A DNA stretch of 64,000 bases from Magallana gigas (Eukaryota): the NCBI RefSeq assembly GCF_963853765.1, contig NC_088853.1, positions 53,258,001 to 53,322,000 of the forward strand, in the 5' to 3' direction. Both the position numbers and the translations under genes were made by a program. The notes below the pieces were generated by a model, which worked only from the letters and a program-made list of their open reading frames with translations, had not been told where the DNA came from and searched no databases. Each line of letters starts with the position of its first letter. The first letter of the stretch is position 1. Below are positions 25,805-40,009 of this stretch, piece after piece.

Positions 25805-27989
25805 TACATAGCATATTTCAGGGTGGCTTCTTTATACGATGCACACTTTCAACAAAATGAAAATAAGACTATATAGGTAGCATTCTACTAATTATAATTT
25901 AAAACAAAATAGTCATTTATACTTTTCCGTTAATGTATGACATTTATTTTTCTTCGCTATAAAACTGCACGATAGCCTTCAATGATTTAACTTAATGCGT
26001 CATTTTGAAGCATATGACGTCATATTTTGTAGTACAGCGAGAACGACATCTCGCTTATTTTTCAGTGTGTACGATATAATGGACATCAAAATTGTAAGTA
26101 ATAGCATTTGTTGTTTTTAATTAAAAGATTAGTATAAGTTAATTTTACTAATAAGAAGAGTTATCAGTACTTTCGAGGTTTGTAATATACTGTGATGTCA
26201 TAATGCACATTTCCCGTACTTTTCGTCTGAACGGAGTTTATTGACAGCCTTAACTGTGCTGCGTATTATTGGAACGAAATCATTGCCATTTAATATCGAT
26301 CCAACTTATGTAAATATAAGTAAGAAGAAAATGATAAGTCCGAAATATCTGAAGTTTTCCTGTGAAAAAAGGTAATATCATTAAATTGTGCATGCAATTT
26401 ACTACTGATATCGTCTCCTTACTTGCCTCAGACTTTTTTCGGAGAACGCTATACCGACCTCGGAAAATTATGAATGTTCAATTTTCAGCGAGATCGAGAG
26501 TCACCAGTTACATGTAAAAAAAAAAACTGCACCACTTCTCTTTACGGGGCTGGTAATGGTGCTTTAAAAGAGACGATATCAGTAGAAAATTGCATGGCGA
26601 ATTTAATGGTACTAATTGTGTTCACAGAATTATTCCAATACTAGCGCACGTTTACATTCGCAATAAGTATACAATTTTTCAGTCGGTGGCACTGTAGTTC
26701 CCAGGTTGTCCATCCGATTTTTTTTCAACATAAATATATCGACTCCCAAAAATTGATATAAAATTGATTTTATCAAATATTAAAGTTACAAATATGAAGG
26801 AAAACGTATAACTCTGTAGTTTATTAAATTGCAAATTACGTTAGCTATCAAAAGAGTTCATCCTGACAACGCAATTAAAACATAACGCTTTTGTTATGTT
26901 CATATACAAGAACGTTCCGAAATAATGTTTCTTAAGACTTTTATTCCACCACAAGTATCTCAATGTTTTCAACTTCGAATTTTTAGGCTAGTGTTTCTCG
27001 TTCGAGTCAATTCAAACTACCTCGAATTCGCAATTTCGTGTATGTCAACAACTTAATTATTCAAGTATTCTGATCAGTAGTTCCATTAAATGAAGTAATT
27101 AAGCTTTAAGTAAAATTGAGAGATAAAAAAAATATTTTTAAGTTTATTTCAGTGAAATTTTACATATAAACAGTTAGAATAACTCCGAAATAATAACTAA
27201 TTTGTATTGCACGATGTCACTATTCTGCCTCAAGAAGACAGATAGCTTATCAATGACTTATTCCTGAATTCGGTAAAAAGCTACAATAAAACAAAATGAT
27301 AATAAGTACATAATCAACTCAAATATGACACCGAATTACACATTTCCTCAATTTCCTTAAAGCTGAACACTTGCTCGTAAATATGCACTTGCGCCGTTTT
27401 TCTCTCTTACCACCGTTATCCCTACAACCACTTTATAAGCTGCAGACCTCTTCGCAGTTTAAACTATTTCGCTGTAGAAGTCTCACCTGTGTGGACATAC
27501 ATTTTGCCTCGCCTTGTTACTCGATCGCAATAAAAAATATAAAGCTTTACGCACTTTTTTCATGCCAAGAGAATACTATCACCAAATTAACTGGTCCAAA
27601 TATAATAACAAACTGAATATGCACATAAAATAAGAACTAAATGCATAAAATCCAAAGACCACGAAAGGAATACTATACGTCAGCGACGAGTTTCAGTTGG
27701 AAATCCGGTGTAACGAAATCGAAGGGTTCATATACCAGGTACCTGTGTGGCGGTGACAATTTACGAGCGGTGTTCAGCTTAAAAAGACAATATTAGGGTT
27801 CTGAGCAATTCATGCATTCAGCACACATTATGTAGAAAACTAGCATATACTGCAAACATACATGTGTTTGACCTATTTATGACGCTACAGATTGACCGTA
27901 GATTAAAGTTTAAATCCATGAATTATAACTATTAGATGCACGTTTACTATACTTATTTCTGTTATATTAGGACAACAATCATTTCTCTA

Positions 27990-28790
27990 ATTATAAAGTT
28001 TATCCCCCCTTTCTTAGGAAAACGATGGAAAATATATAAAATAGGATGAACTTCAAATTGGTCAATAACCAAAAGGGTTTACGGAAAAGGGTCGCCAAGC
28101 AAAGTTCTGAAAATTTCACTATTTTTAACAAACACTTGGTTGGTATAAAAAACAAGAAGGTTAAATTGCTACTTAACAAACCAATTTACACAGGAATAAC
28201 TGTTTTAGACCTGTCAAAACTATTCATGTATCAATTTAATTATGGATAATTATGTCAAGAAACAGTATATTGACAGGGCAACTTTGCTTGTTTTACAAGT
28301 TTCAAACGGAAGATTTGTATCAAGACATGGCTCGAAATAAAGAGTTATTTTATACATCCAACTACCCAAAGAACCATTTCATTTAAAGCGAGACAAAACA
28401 GATACGAAGTTGAGAAGATGAAAGACAAAACCGGAGGTGTGTATTAATTTGAATCACGTGGAATATTGAAAATGAAAAAAAACAGCATTTAAAAATATTA
28501 ATGTGTAAAATATATATTTCCACGCTTGCGGGGGATATCATTAAGTATTTACAAAAATAATGTAAACAACAGTTGTATTGATCAATTTCTAACACAAATT
28601 GTTTTTCAGCCTCACTTATTTCTATGTTTTATGTATGATATTTAAAAGCATTTACTACTAAAAGCCTTTGTTCAACCACAGAAAATGTATAATGACGAGA
28701 CTTTAATAGAAACGACACAACTTACTGTTTATTTATCGAATATTCCTTTACCATTTAATGCTTACTCACAAAGGGCATTGAAGCCTAACA
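27990..28790 (+). pseudogene. Fragment of a protein-primed PolB from a different Maverick lineage
   Basis: GKTMEN..NRMNFKLV, LNKPIYTGITVLDLSKLFMY and KMKD.TGG; heavily decayed; sequence type unlike the polB at 41067. Confidence 0.6.
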
Positions 28791-29509
28791 AATTAAAAGC
28801 GTCATTGTTTTGAGCTACAAGTAACAAAGAATGATAATACTAATATATTAATTGTCCTTAACTACTTTATACTCATGTTATTCTGCTTGCAATAAATCTC
28901 TATGAGTTCGCATAATTTGACATATGACAACTGGTGTGATTTTAAAGCTCTTTTCAATATGTTTAAATTGTGTGTCATATAATTGTCGTACAAAAAAAAT
29001 TAAAAACGAATCAACAGAAATCATGCAAATTATTTTGACTACCACATACATTTTGCCTTTGTTTCATTACTGCCAAATTAGTCTTGAAGAAAACGATTAT
29101 GGAAATTAGATCGAATGTTTTCTGTTTTGCTTTAGGTTTATTTTTGTATCAGCTTAAACCATGAACAATGCAAACTAATACCAATATCATTTAATTCATA
29201 TTTTGTGAAGACCAGACTTTACTCATTACAATAAACTTAATAATAATATAAAAGAATTTGACAACTCAGACCATGAGGAAACTACTTTCTTAATGTTTGC
29301 TGCGAAAGTCGGTTGGAGATTAATCGCATGATATTTCAGTATTAGCTGTTTATAATGGAAAGTAGCTAAATTTTCAATTAATAATAGTCGAATTAGTTTC
29401 GACATAAATAATAGAGACAGCATTTTAATGAACAGTTATTTCAAGTAATTTTTCTTTGTTTTGGTATAAACGGTATTACTTTGCATTTTATTAACACTAT
29501 CACCAAATA

Positions 29510-30324
29510 TTGTTGACAGTTCTCTTAGCACTTGCATTGGGTAAACCTACCGAACAATCTTCAACGTTTCATACCTATGGAGATGAGTTGGCAGCAGATG
29601 GTAACAGAAGTACATACCTTCTTCAAGAACAGTGTACAAGACACAGGGGATGGCGACACCAATCCTTGGTGGAAGGTGGATCTACTGACTGTGTATACCA
29701 TCACATCTGTCAGAATACTCAACAGAGGAATAGACGCAGGAGGAGGTAAGTGTCCAAACGTTATCGGGTAGGTTTATAGAGAAACGTCATTGCTAAATAA
29801 TAATATAAAGATGGACATGACACAGTCCACGTTACTTTGCTGTAAATGCCCCAAACTTATATAAAATCGATGATATACGAAAAAAAACGTTTTATTTGCC
29901 ATTCTGTTATTTTAAATTATTTTTGCAAGCATAATTTTATAGTATTTAAGTTTTACTTGGCTGCAAATGTGTCTGTTGTGAAGTAATTAATTTTCTAAGA
30001 AATACAACATGCATCTGAGTAATATAATGAATAACCAACTTTTACTCTGACCATCATAGTTCTTTAAATGTTTCTGTTAGTTTTTTATCTGTTTTTAATT
30101 TTTTTTTAAATGTATCAGACCGACTTCGGGAGGTAACCGTCACTGTAGGGCTGACCGAATTTGATGTGAACACTCCTTGTGGTTTCTTTGCTGGTCCCGG
30201 AACCGCGTCACAGCTGGTCGTCATCGATTGTACGACATTACCACGGAAAAGATTCGTAAAGATCTCCAAAACAACTGAGGCCCTCACTCTATGTGAAGTT
30301 GACGTGTTTGGATTCTCCGTCTAA
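29510..30324 (+). pseudogene. F-type lectin (fucolectin/FTP domain) pseudogene
   Basis: LALGKPTEQSST, LAADGN, NPWWKVDL, ILNRG; last exon DVSDRLREVTVTVG...CGFFAGPG...LTLCEVDVFG; frameshift and splice acceptor read as AA. Confidence 0.8.
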
Positions 30325-31804
30325 TTAATATCATAGATAAATTCTTGTCTTAAACGATACCGTATAATGCTAAATCTTTGCGCGTTCCCACCCTTTCAGG
30401 TTTACTCCTTATATATATGTGAGAGATCTTACTGATACTTCTTGGAGTTGCACATTAGACTATATGTGATATATATATAACACTGCATGTATGGTTTTTA
30501 TGAACTCTTATATTGAGTTTCTCTTATTAAAAATACCTAATCGGAACGGATTGGGTTTTATCCTGTTTTATAACCGTGGAGTCAATAAAAAACAGCCTAT
30601 TTTTACAGGTAGAAAGAAATAACTGTAGAAGCTACAATCCTCACACTGATGATATATTCCCAGCAATGCTAGATACTTTATTTGATCAGTAAGAAAACAG
30701 TTTTTTAAAATCAATACCTTGTAAACATACTTATATTCATATACTGAAATCATATAATCTGTCGACTTTTTGATACTTACCACCAAAATGAATGAGATCT
30801 ATAGTCTACATTACGATTAACGGCAACATCTATGTAAAGGAAACACGTAGTTTTAATTAATGTTTTAATATCAACATAACGATACATCCCCTGAGTACTA
30901 TGGAATGAAATACGGATTGTTTTGTCAAAGTTAAGTATACCGTCGTATTGTATGAAGAACAGACAAATGATTTTCTTTACATCGCTGTAGGAAGCCTTAA
31001 CATACCTGCACGAGGGTGTATCACACAGGTAGTATACACATAAAGTCGGTTATGGCATGTGCGGTTTCAATAAATAAATAAATGCATGTTTAAAATGTTA
31101 CATTACACTTTGTATAATGATACAACAATTGATATAAGATTTTTTCATTTTCCCCGACATTGTCCTTGGCTGCTTGGTAAATAGTTTTTCCTTTAGTCGT
31201 TCATCTCTTTTTTAGATTATTTTTGTCTGTTCATGCATGAGTAATTTAATTACAGTTTTTGTTTTATATTTATGTACCTAATGATGTACTTTCTTCAGAA
31301 CATTTTTATCAGTCAGCACCTGGTAAATGTTTGCGTGTTCAAAAAGTTTTAGATGTTGATACTTAATACTTTAATTACACACTTAACGCTAATGTGCCAT
31401 TAAAATATCCAATTAAAACGATGTTAAAATGATAATGGAGCTTTAACAATACAAATCCCGCTGTTATTTTTTTTATTTAGTCAAGATGTTAATTGACAAT
31501 TTGTTACAATTGTGATGCAACATTCACCCCGTTATCAGACAGAATACTAATACATAAATACATAACTCAATACAAAGAAGACTGTGATTAATTTTTTGAT
31601 ATAAATAAACATTTATAAGACTTTGTGTTGATTTTACTATTTGCAGTAAAAGAACGTGTAACGATATTTTGAAATTGAAAAGTTTTAATTTGTCTTCATT
31701 TGGTAAAAAGATATTGCAGTGATAGTAAAAAGGAAAGAGGGCAATCGACTGCAAACGTACAGTATCGAGCAGACCAAACCTAACAGAAAGAAAACGCAAA
31801 TAAA

Positions 31805-32170
31805 ACCCTCTGTTTACTTTCAGGGTTTACTCCGGGTTTACTAGAGTGGACCTAAAAACACCTAGAGTAAACCCAGAGTGAACACACAGTAAACCCCGAA
31901 AGTAAACCCAGAGTGGAAACAGAGAGTACACCTGGTCAGAAGTATACCCCTGAAAGCAGACGATGTGTATTCGGAGTGTACAAGGGGCAGGAAATACCGG
32001 CAATAGGATGATCAGTGCGTGAAGTTGACCTCAAAAGCAAAGTCCGAGTAAACCCAAAGTAAACCCCGAGTGGACCGAAATTTTGAAAAAGCAAACACAG
32101 AGTAAACCACAAGTAAACCCCAAAAGTAAACACGGGGTTACGTTGGGGTTTATTCTGGTGTTAGGATGGG
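31805..32170. repeat. Short element built from AGTAAACCC-type repeats (probable CACTA-like MITE remnant)
   Basis: Many GTAAACCC/GGGTTTAC copies in both orientations; CCC...GGG ends. Confidence 0.45.
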
Positions 32171-32367
32171 TCTGATCGGTACTATATATGTCATCTAGGT
32201 AGTGAAAGTCGAATACTATTGAACATGAAAAGGAAGTCTGTTATTATGGTGGACTATTCTCGCAGATAAAAACCTTTGCACTTACTGAGGAATGTGATTA
32301 TAAAAGTTTGTTGAATGACATATTCTTTATTTAACCATTGTATATTTACAGATTCATATTTGTTTTT

Positions 32368-32373
<6 letters not shown>

Positions 32374-32411
<38 letters not shown>
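32374..32411. repeat. (AG)n microsatellite
   Basis: Direct reading. Confidence 0.95.
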
Positions 32412-32413
<2 letters not shown>

Positions 32414-32478
32414 TATGTTTGAGTTTAGAGAGTTATCCTTCTTGCATTGTAAAGTATTCGGTATGAGTTTAACGGTAC

Positions 32479-32937
32479 AGTCAGTTCAAGCATATCTTTT
32501 ACAACATACACCATATCATAGCATAGCATTGAATCTCATAGCATAGCATTGGAATCTCATAGCATAGCATACAATCTCATAGAATCGCATCCGTCATATC
32601 ATACCATAGCATAACATAGCATACAAAATTCTTTGAACTCGGTATTAAATGTTTTTATTTGAAAAATAAATAAATGTTTACATTATAGATTTGTGGTAAA
32701 CTTTGGCTTCTTATTATTTTACTTCAAATGTGTGGAACTCTTCTGTGTATGGAGGCGATTTTGTTCAAATATCACAGCATAGCATAGCATATCATACCAT
32801 GTCATTAAGCCCTTCATTTCAATTTCTCATAGCATAGCATGCAAATCTCATAGCATAGCATAAATCTCATAGCATATCATTAAAATCACATACCATAGCA
32901 TAGCATAAATTTGTAAAAGATATGCATGAATTGACAG
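32479..32937. repeat. MITE-like element with (ATAGC)n arrays
   Basis: Imperfect inverted ends CAGTCAGTTCAAGCATATCTTTTACAA / TTGTAAAAGATATGCATGAATTGACAG; internal CATAG repeats. Confidence 0.45.
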
Positions 32938-34904
32938 TAGCTTGCTCACAAACGTAAACGCAGACACACAACAAATCATAAAAGATTAACATACTCCGCA
33001 TTATTTCCGTGTACTTTCTCATGGTTTGTCATACGAATTGAATATTAAATAGCAAAATCAACACTAAAACATCTTGTTCAAAAGTTAACAGAGATTAGAA
33101 AAAAAAATCCAAAGACGTTATGCGGAGTCGAAATAATTCAAATTCATACTACAAGATATAAAAAAAAATCTTGAACTTATAACAGAAAATCTGAAATTTT
33201 TTCAAATTGGTCAATGCCTATGACGACCGCAAAAGATTTCAAATTGTTTATAATGATTGGGTTTAAAATTAAGTGGGCGTATTTCATGAGTAATACCATT
33301 CATACATATCGATATTTTTCTCCGATTTAAGCATTTTTTTTAAATTGTTAAACTAATAATCAAAATGTGTTTCTTTAGGAAATCGTCGGTATATTTACTA
33401 TTTATTTGTTATAATTTTATTATTTTTTTTTCCCTTTTCTAATTTGCTCAATATACTGTCCTTTCCATCGTTCAGACGAATATTCGACAAATAAGAAATA
33501 TAAATACTAATACCAAATAGCAATAATAGTTTCCTCTTTCATTCGTTTTGACTAATTTCTTTGGCAATTCATACACAGTTCTGGGTGATCTCATTCATTG
33601 TTTTTTATTTTTCAGCAGATCAAATTGTTTTAAGTATCGATGTTTTTTTTTCTTTCTTCAAAGTTTTTTTCTCTGAAACTTTCATACATTTCTGAGAAGC
33701 TTCATGGAGTCAGAATGCAAAATATCTGGACAATGTACAATAGTACATGTAGATCCTCTACGAAAAAATCTGTTTTCCCCTGGTATTCTTATATTTATAA
33801 TCAAGTCCCTTTTCTAACCTGATGATTTTATAGTCATATCACACTCAGCATCGCAGTTCTCAAAAAGCTTAAGACCCTTAACAATTGTTTATATACAGGG
33901 TATAAACCTACATCAAACTAGGAACCTTTTGTCAGGCCCAAACATTTTCCAGGGGCCAAAGTTTAAACAATTTTAAACCAGCAGTATATAAAAATGCTTG
34001 CATATAAGTATAAACATATATAATAACATTTTTTTTAATAATTAACATTTTTTTGTTGTTAATAATTAAAATGTTTTCCTTTGTACAATTGAATCCCCAA
34101 TGTGGCCCCACACTACTCCTACTCCTGAGGCATAGGTTCTGGCTTCAAAATGGCAATTTGTGTATTGAATTGTTCAACAATTATTGTGAATTATTACAAA
34201 CATTGTCTTGGGCACCTGTTACACTACATGTAACAATGTCAATCTGTTGTGTTAAAACTTTGATATTATTGGTTGCTACTTTATATTTTTTCTTTTCTTT
34301 TTTTTATATTTTTTTTACATATTGATATACACAACTGGCATTCTAGCTGAATCAATTCGTGACAATTTCACAACTGTAATTTATTTCCAATATTGCATCG
34401 GGCACCTGTTCATTACATGCAGCAAACTAGCGTGTGTACATGTATATCTTGTATTTTCTGTGTTACTTCCAGTGTTTTCTCATCATGGGCAAACAATTGA
34501 ATTGACAATTTATTTACACAACGGAAGTTTTAGAAGAAGGTAACATGCAGTGTTTAGAAAAACAGTACAGTGGAAGTTCTATTTCATTCAGATGTCAAAT
34601 TGAAATAGATGTCATTATTTAAGTTAGATATTTTTGTATCCATGCTTATTGTAAAAGAAAAAAAAACTTTGTTGTAGTTTAAACAAAAAATTAAGCGTCT
34701 TGTTTGGAAATAAAACCTTAATATAATCAGACAATACAATACGGCTCATACTCCAACATGAATTCCTTTTCTTACTTAATCTCAGAGTTGCTAAAAAGAT
34801 ATTTCGACAAAATAAAAATAAAAATAATCATTATAAAATTAAATTAATTATATACGCTTTTTTAACTTTATTTAAATCGAATATTTTAGATCGTTTTTCT
34901 ATTA

Positions 34905-35426
34905 AAAGTGACAACAGGATCTCTAAGGGTTTCCTCAGTACCCTTAGTGCCGACCTCAGGGCTTCCTCAGTACCCTCAGTGCCGGCCTCAGGGTCTCTCG
35001 GGGCTTTCTCTGTACCCTCAGTGCCGACCTCAGTGCAAACCTCAGGGTTTCTTCAGAGCCGACCCCATGGTCTTTCAGGGTTTTCTCAGTGCCACTCAGG
35101 GTTTCCTCGAGGCCTTTTGATAGTCTCAGGGTTTTTTTCATTACAGTAAAGTATACATCAGTGCGGGTATATTATGACTTTGAATTCTGAAACTATAGTG
35201 TACTTGGTTTTGATCATTTCTATAAAATCCAAAATGACGGGGTTTAGTATGCAGAATTAAGACATGGAGATAACCAGTTCTTTATATCATAAGAACCTTT
35301 CAGTTGGCGAGAATGGGGTATCAAAGATATCATTATTGGTATTTTAGTAGCTTTGTTTCGTCTCAATTGATCTGCAATTTTGCTGAACCCAGTGTCAATT
35401 TCTTCATGGGTATGCCCGACATACAA
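34905..35426 (-). pseudogene. DDE transposase remnant (VGHTHEEID motif, Sola1-like) beside CTCAGGG/CCTCAGT repeats
   Basis: ORF 35244-35426 YVGHTHEEIDTGFSKIA; repeat block 34910-35135; family assignment uncertain. Confidence 0.4.
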
Positions 35427-35947
35427 AAAAGCTTCATCTGTTTGCTTACCTTTCTGTCCTGCTATTTAAAAAATCAAATAATCAAAAACTGTCATTTTAT
35501 TGATGTCCTGCAAAATCTCCCTTTTTTCTTCTAATATCGGCATTCCTTAAGGTATATCACTCCTCATGTTTTGATTTCATTGCGCAGATGTTCATTATAC
35601 TTTAAAAGAATATGATTTTATTAATTTAAACCTCACAAAAAGGTCATCATTTCATAATTACACAACATTCGAAAAGAAAATCCATTTGAATTCAAGAAAC
35701 GAACAAGTTTTATGGGGGAACTATTTTCTCGTGCGGAAGGTTTTTTTAGTCGAAAATGACAGAAACAAGCAATTTTATGAATTTTCAATATACTTTTCTT
35801 TTTATTATACTTTATTCATTATTCTCATTTTTAACATTTGATAGGTTTGTGACATGTTCTATAGGTTCTCTATCACTTGTACTTAACTAAATTTTGACGT
35901 TTAGCATAAAATCATGCAAATATATAGAAAATGTCTGAATTTTTTAA

Positions 35948-36540
35948 AGCCAAAGAACTATATATGATATTAGGGAAATTTGGCCCCCCATAATTCGCTA
36001 ATTTTAAAGTGATTTAGGTACATTAATTTGTTGTGTTATTTTATAAAAGCGTTGAGATAAAATGTGTTTTTCACCTATTTATTTGATTTACAAGCACTCA
36101 CTGGCAGTATATGACGTCAGAAGTGAAGCTATTTTCATAATTCAATCAAAATCAGTTAAAAATTGACATTTTCCTTATCTTTTTTCGAATGGGAAATATA
36201 GAGCGACTCTTTGAACAAGAACGAACTTTTTGTCACTCATAAGTTCTGGAGAGATACATCTTTGGTGAGAATATTTTGTTTGTTCAAGCAGTCGCTCAAT
36301 GTTTCCTTAAAGAAAAACTGCTTAAAAACAAGCCGTTTTATGCTTAAAATGCGAAAATGGCGGGAAAAGGTCAACTTTATGATGTCATATTTTTAAATTG
36401 TGGGCACTAAAAATCAAAATGAAAATTATGAAAAAAACTTGAAATGTTTATATGTACAAATAAAACAAAAAATTACAGTAAAATGACAATGTTCATTTAA
36501 GGGGGCCATTTTAGGCTCAAACCATATATAGTCCTTTGGC
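35948..36540. repeat. MITE-like non-autonomous element
   Basis: Imperfect ~40-bp inverted ends GCCAAAG(A/G)ACTATATATG...TGGCCCCC. Confidence 0.45.
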
Positions 36541-38875
36541 AATAATTTTACCTTTGAAGCCATGTATCTTAAATTTGAACTCACTGACCCCCATGTTTTA
36601 TTATGTCAAAATGATACTGAATACATATGTAGGCAAACTGGATTAATCTTCTAAAATTCTTGATATTCAAAATGTTTTTATTTCAAATCAAATTGTAACT
36701 ATTATAAAAATTGCCTATTTTAAGTGCAAAAAGGTCATACAAACATTTATGCAGCTTCATGCAATTTTTTTTTCGTAATCCCTCTATTCAGTGTGACCAT
36801 TGTACATAATTGAAAACATTTTAAGAAAAGAGTTTGCTTAATCAAAAATTCTGACAACAAATCCTAATCAGGCTGAAATCGCATTTTAGGTGCAAAAAGG
36901 TCAAATTCAATTGACCATAACTCAGAGGGATGAACACTGACCTCCCATTATCTTTGTATTATTTAAGTGTGTTTTGTCTACAGATTTCAATAGAATACTT
37001 CTCAAGAAATTCTTGATACAAGAACATTGAGGAGTGGGATACCTTAAGTACATCTTCTACCGTTTTAAATTACTTATTCTAAGTATTTCAGGCTTGACAC
37101 TTTTTTAACGTTATCCTACGTGTACAGTCCTGCAACTTAATTCGAATGGAGAGCAGGATATGTTAAGATTGGTAAACTGTAACCAGTGATCAAAGCACGC
37201 GATGGTAATTTTGAGAAACTCATACATTTTCTAGATAAATAAACTTTAACGTGTTAAATTTGGATAACAGTTTAAACATTATTAAAAATCAAGTAAAGTA
37301 TAGCGCTGGGTCTGGTCAGAAAGATATGGATCAGGGCTCTTGGTGAATACAAATAATGGTCTGGAGAGACAGAACAAAAGTATTAAAATATTAATTTGTA
37401 GAGCAGCGAAGAAACAACAACGTATCAGGAATGACAATCAAACCTGGTACGTCAGTATTTACTAGCAATGATGTTCAAGTAGATCTTAGTTTGAATATTA
37501 ATTGAACATTTTTTTTATTTTTTGAATTTGTTAAATGCATGCACATGAATTTGTTTGTTTCATTTAAATAAAGGAATGAATCCAACGCTAGCTACTCAAT
37601 TTAAATATAGAATGGGTTAGGGTAGTTTACCCTTTATAAACAGCGAAGCAGTATACAAAAACATGCAAACTGTTCCAACTCATCTTATATTCGTATAAAT
37701 TGGGTAGCAATCTAATTCATCCCTTATAATTTAATTTTTAGCTATTAAAAATGCATTAAATTGTACAAAATTCAAACGTAACGTTTTTTACCTTAGAGTT
37801 ACGTAGGCGGAATTCCTTATAAAATATTTTTTAAAAAAATACCATCCAATCAGAAGCAGAATTTAATTAAATACATGTAGATCAGAGAAAGTTAAAATTT
37901 TTGTTTTCAGGAGTGGTAACTAAAATTTTGCATGCAAGTTTTTTTATGAGTTGGATGATTTTTCAGACAGTTAAGAAAAAATGAGACACAAGTAAGTATT
38001 CCATAAAATTACAAGCTTTATATTTACTGCTATATGTATAAAATTTTATGTCAAAATTCATATACATATTCTATCCGAGGCACAAAGTGGAAAATGACAG
38101 CTTTGATGCAACACACTTTCGTGATTCCGATGGAGATGATGCCTCACAACTCGTTGATCTTCCTTCAGCTAAGAGAGGTCCAATGTCGCTAAAAGCATTG
38201 GCAGTCCAATGTAGAGAAAAACTTTCACTTTTGCAGAATGCCACTTATCTATTCCAAAGTGAGATGCTTTTATAGCCCTCGATTTCCACCTAAAGGAAGT
38301 GCCTTTAACAGCAGTCTACACAAAGACAGTGAACTTTGTAAAGAGGTTGTACATAGAAAGACAAAAAAAGGCTGTAAAAAGTCCGGGAACACAAAACTAT
38401 GTGCAAAGTAAGAAGATCACAATTGAGGAAAAAAAGAAGTAAAAAAGAGGGGAAAAAAGACTTTCACTGAAATTACAAAATTAAGAACCTATAGGTAGTG
38501 AAAGAGTCATCATAGAGGGACATGAAACAGTTCCAAATACAATACAGGACGATATTGCAGGTATCTTTCTTGTTATTTCTTTTCTGATAATGTTCATTAA
38601 TAATACTGCTAAAGCTTGTAATGCTAAAAATAAGTAGGGTACTTTTACCTATATTGTGTGTAGTGGAATTCATGTATAACAATTATTGCGCTCCATACAT
38701 GCGAGCTAAAATTATTTCCCTTTTGTGATGCACCACGTGCCAGCACACTAAACAAGAAACGTTCCATTTTGAAGCTTGTTGACCAATACAAAGTATGTTT
38801 TTGTTGTTATATATGTGCTACTCAGTTGTTTAAGCTTATGAATACCTTACATGGTAGTTTTTTCTTTGTAAAATT

Positions 38876-39205
38876 CAGGCACGTAGCATCAGGGGGGGCC
38901 TGGCCCCCCACTTTTTCTCGCAGCAAGAATTTTTTTAAAATTTACATATAAAAAATGGAATAAAAATGGAGTAGGCCCCCCCACTTTTTTGGGATTATGT
39001 AAAAAATTGATATGAAAATAAGGAAATGAGGAGTGAAATTGAAGTTATATAGTTCGCCAGCCCCCCCCCCCCCCCCCCCCCCCACGGATTAGGATTTTGA
39101 AGATTTTGAGAAACTTTTTACTTCTCTTTTTTTTTTTTTTTTGCTTGTCAAGATTTTTTGGATGAGTCTGGCCCCCCCACTTTCAAAAACGATGCTACGT
39201 GCCTG
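38876..39205. repeat. MITE with 15-bp TIR
   Basis: CAGGCACGTAGCATC (38876-38890) / GATGCTACGTGCCTG (39191-39205); AAATT on both flanks. Confidence 0.7.
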
Positions 39206-39666
39206 AAATTTACTTATCAAGAAATTACCGGTCAGCAATGATGTCAATATATTATTTTGGTACTATCTTTCCTTGTGCAGGTTTGAGTATTGTTCCCATA
39301 TATTTCACCATATTAGACTGTCAGAATGTTAAAAATTACATATAAGTCAAAGTTAATGTAGGATTTGTCAGTTTTCCTAGTCCAAGTAATTTCCAATTTT
39401 TTATTTGTATGGAACGCCATTCTTGTCATCAACAGTATATGTGTGAATTTATAGGACAGCTGTTAAATAAGATGTTGTTCTTTTGTAGCTTTTTACCTGG
39501 TTTATTAAAAAAAATCATGAAACGAATAAACTAGTTGAAAACTTTCTGTCACAGAGACAGAACAGTAAAAAGATTGTAACGACTTGGACAAGGAGATTCA
39601 CATTTTGGCGTCTATGACGTAACGGCGTTCGTCGATAATTGGATCCGATGTCTTATACAAGTTAAA

Positions 39667-39740
39667 AGTAGTATAAGCCGCCTCGCTGGCCGGGTCAACT
39701 GAGTGCACTTTTCAGAGTTGACCCGGCCAGCGATGCGGCT
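39667..39740. repeat. Maverick left terminus with 25-bp-arm hairpin
   Basis: AGTAGT 39667-39672; arms 39676-39700 and 39716-39740 with one mismatch; 15-nt loop. Confidence 0.85.
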
Positions 39741-40009
39741 GAAAATCTAGCTCCCTGAGATTTTAAGCTAATAATGCGGGGTGACCAATCTAAAGTAAGC
39801 ACTTGATCGATGTTTATAGTTGGCGCATCATAGATCCCGATTTATTCAATGATTTTTCCCTCCTTGCATAATGAAATAATAAAAAAGCGAATAAACAGTG
39901 AACATTGGTTTATTGAGAAATGTATGAAAATAAAAACAAGTATGAAATAACACTGAAACAATTCAAATTTACATGAAATAACACTGAAATAGTTCAATTA
40001 CACAAAAAG

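Noticed and set aside
31805-32170. GTAAACCC repeats as interstitial telomeric sequence
   Set aside because: Interspersed, in both orientations and not the metazoan TTAGGG repeat; better explained as transposon subterminal repeats
30330-37900. Numerous 60-90 aa ORFs in AT-rich intervals (also 60000-63800)
   Set aside because: Low-complexity Phe/Ile/Lys-rich translations typical of non-coding AT-rich DNA
38048-38430. Coding-like segment as a host gene exon
   Set aside because: Stops and frameshifts, no recognisable motif, no linkable neighbouring exons
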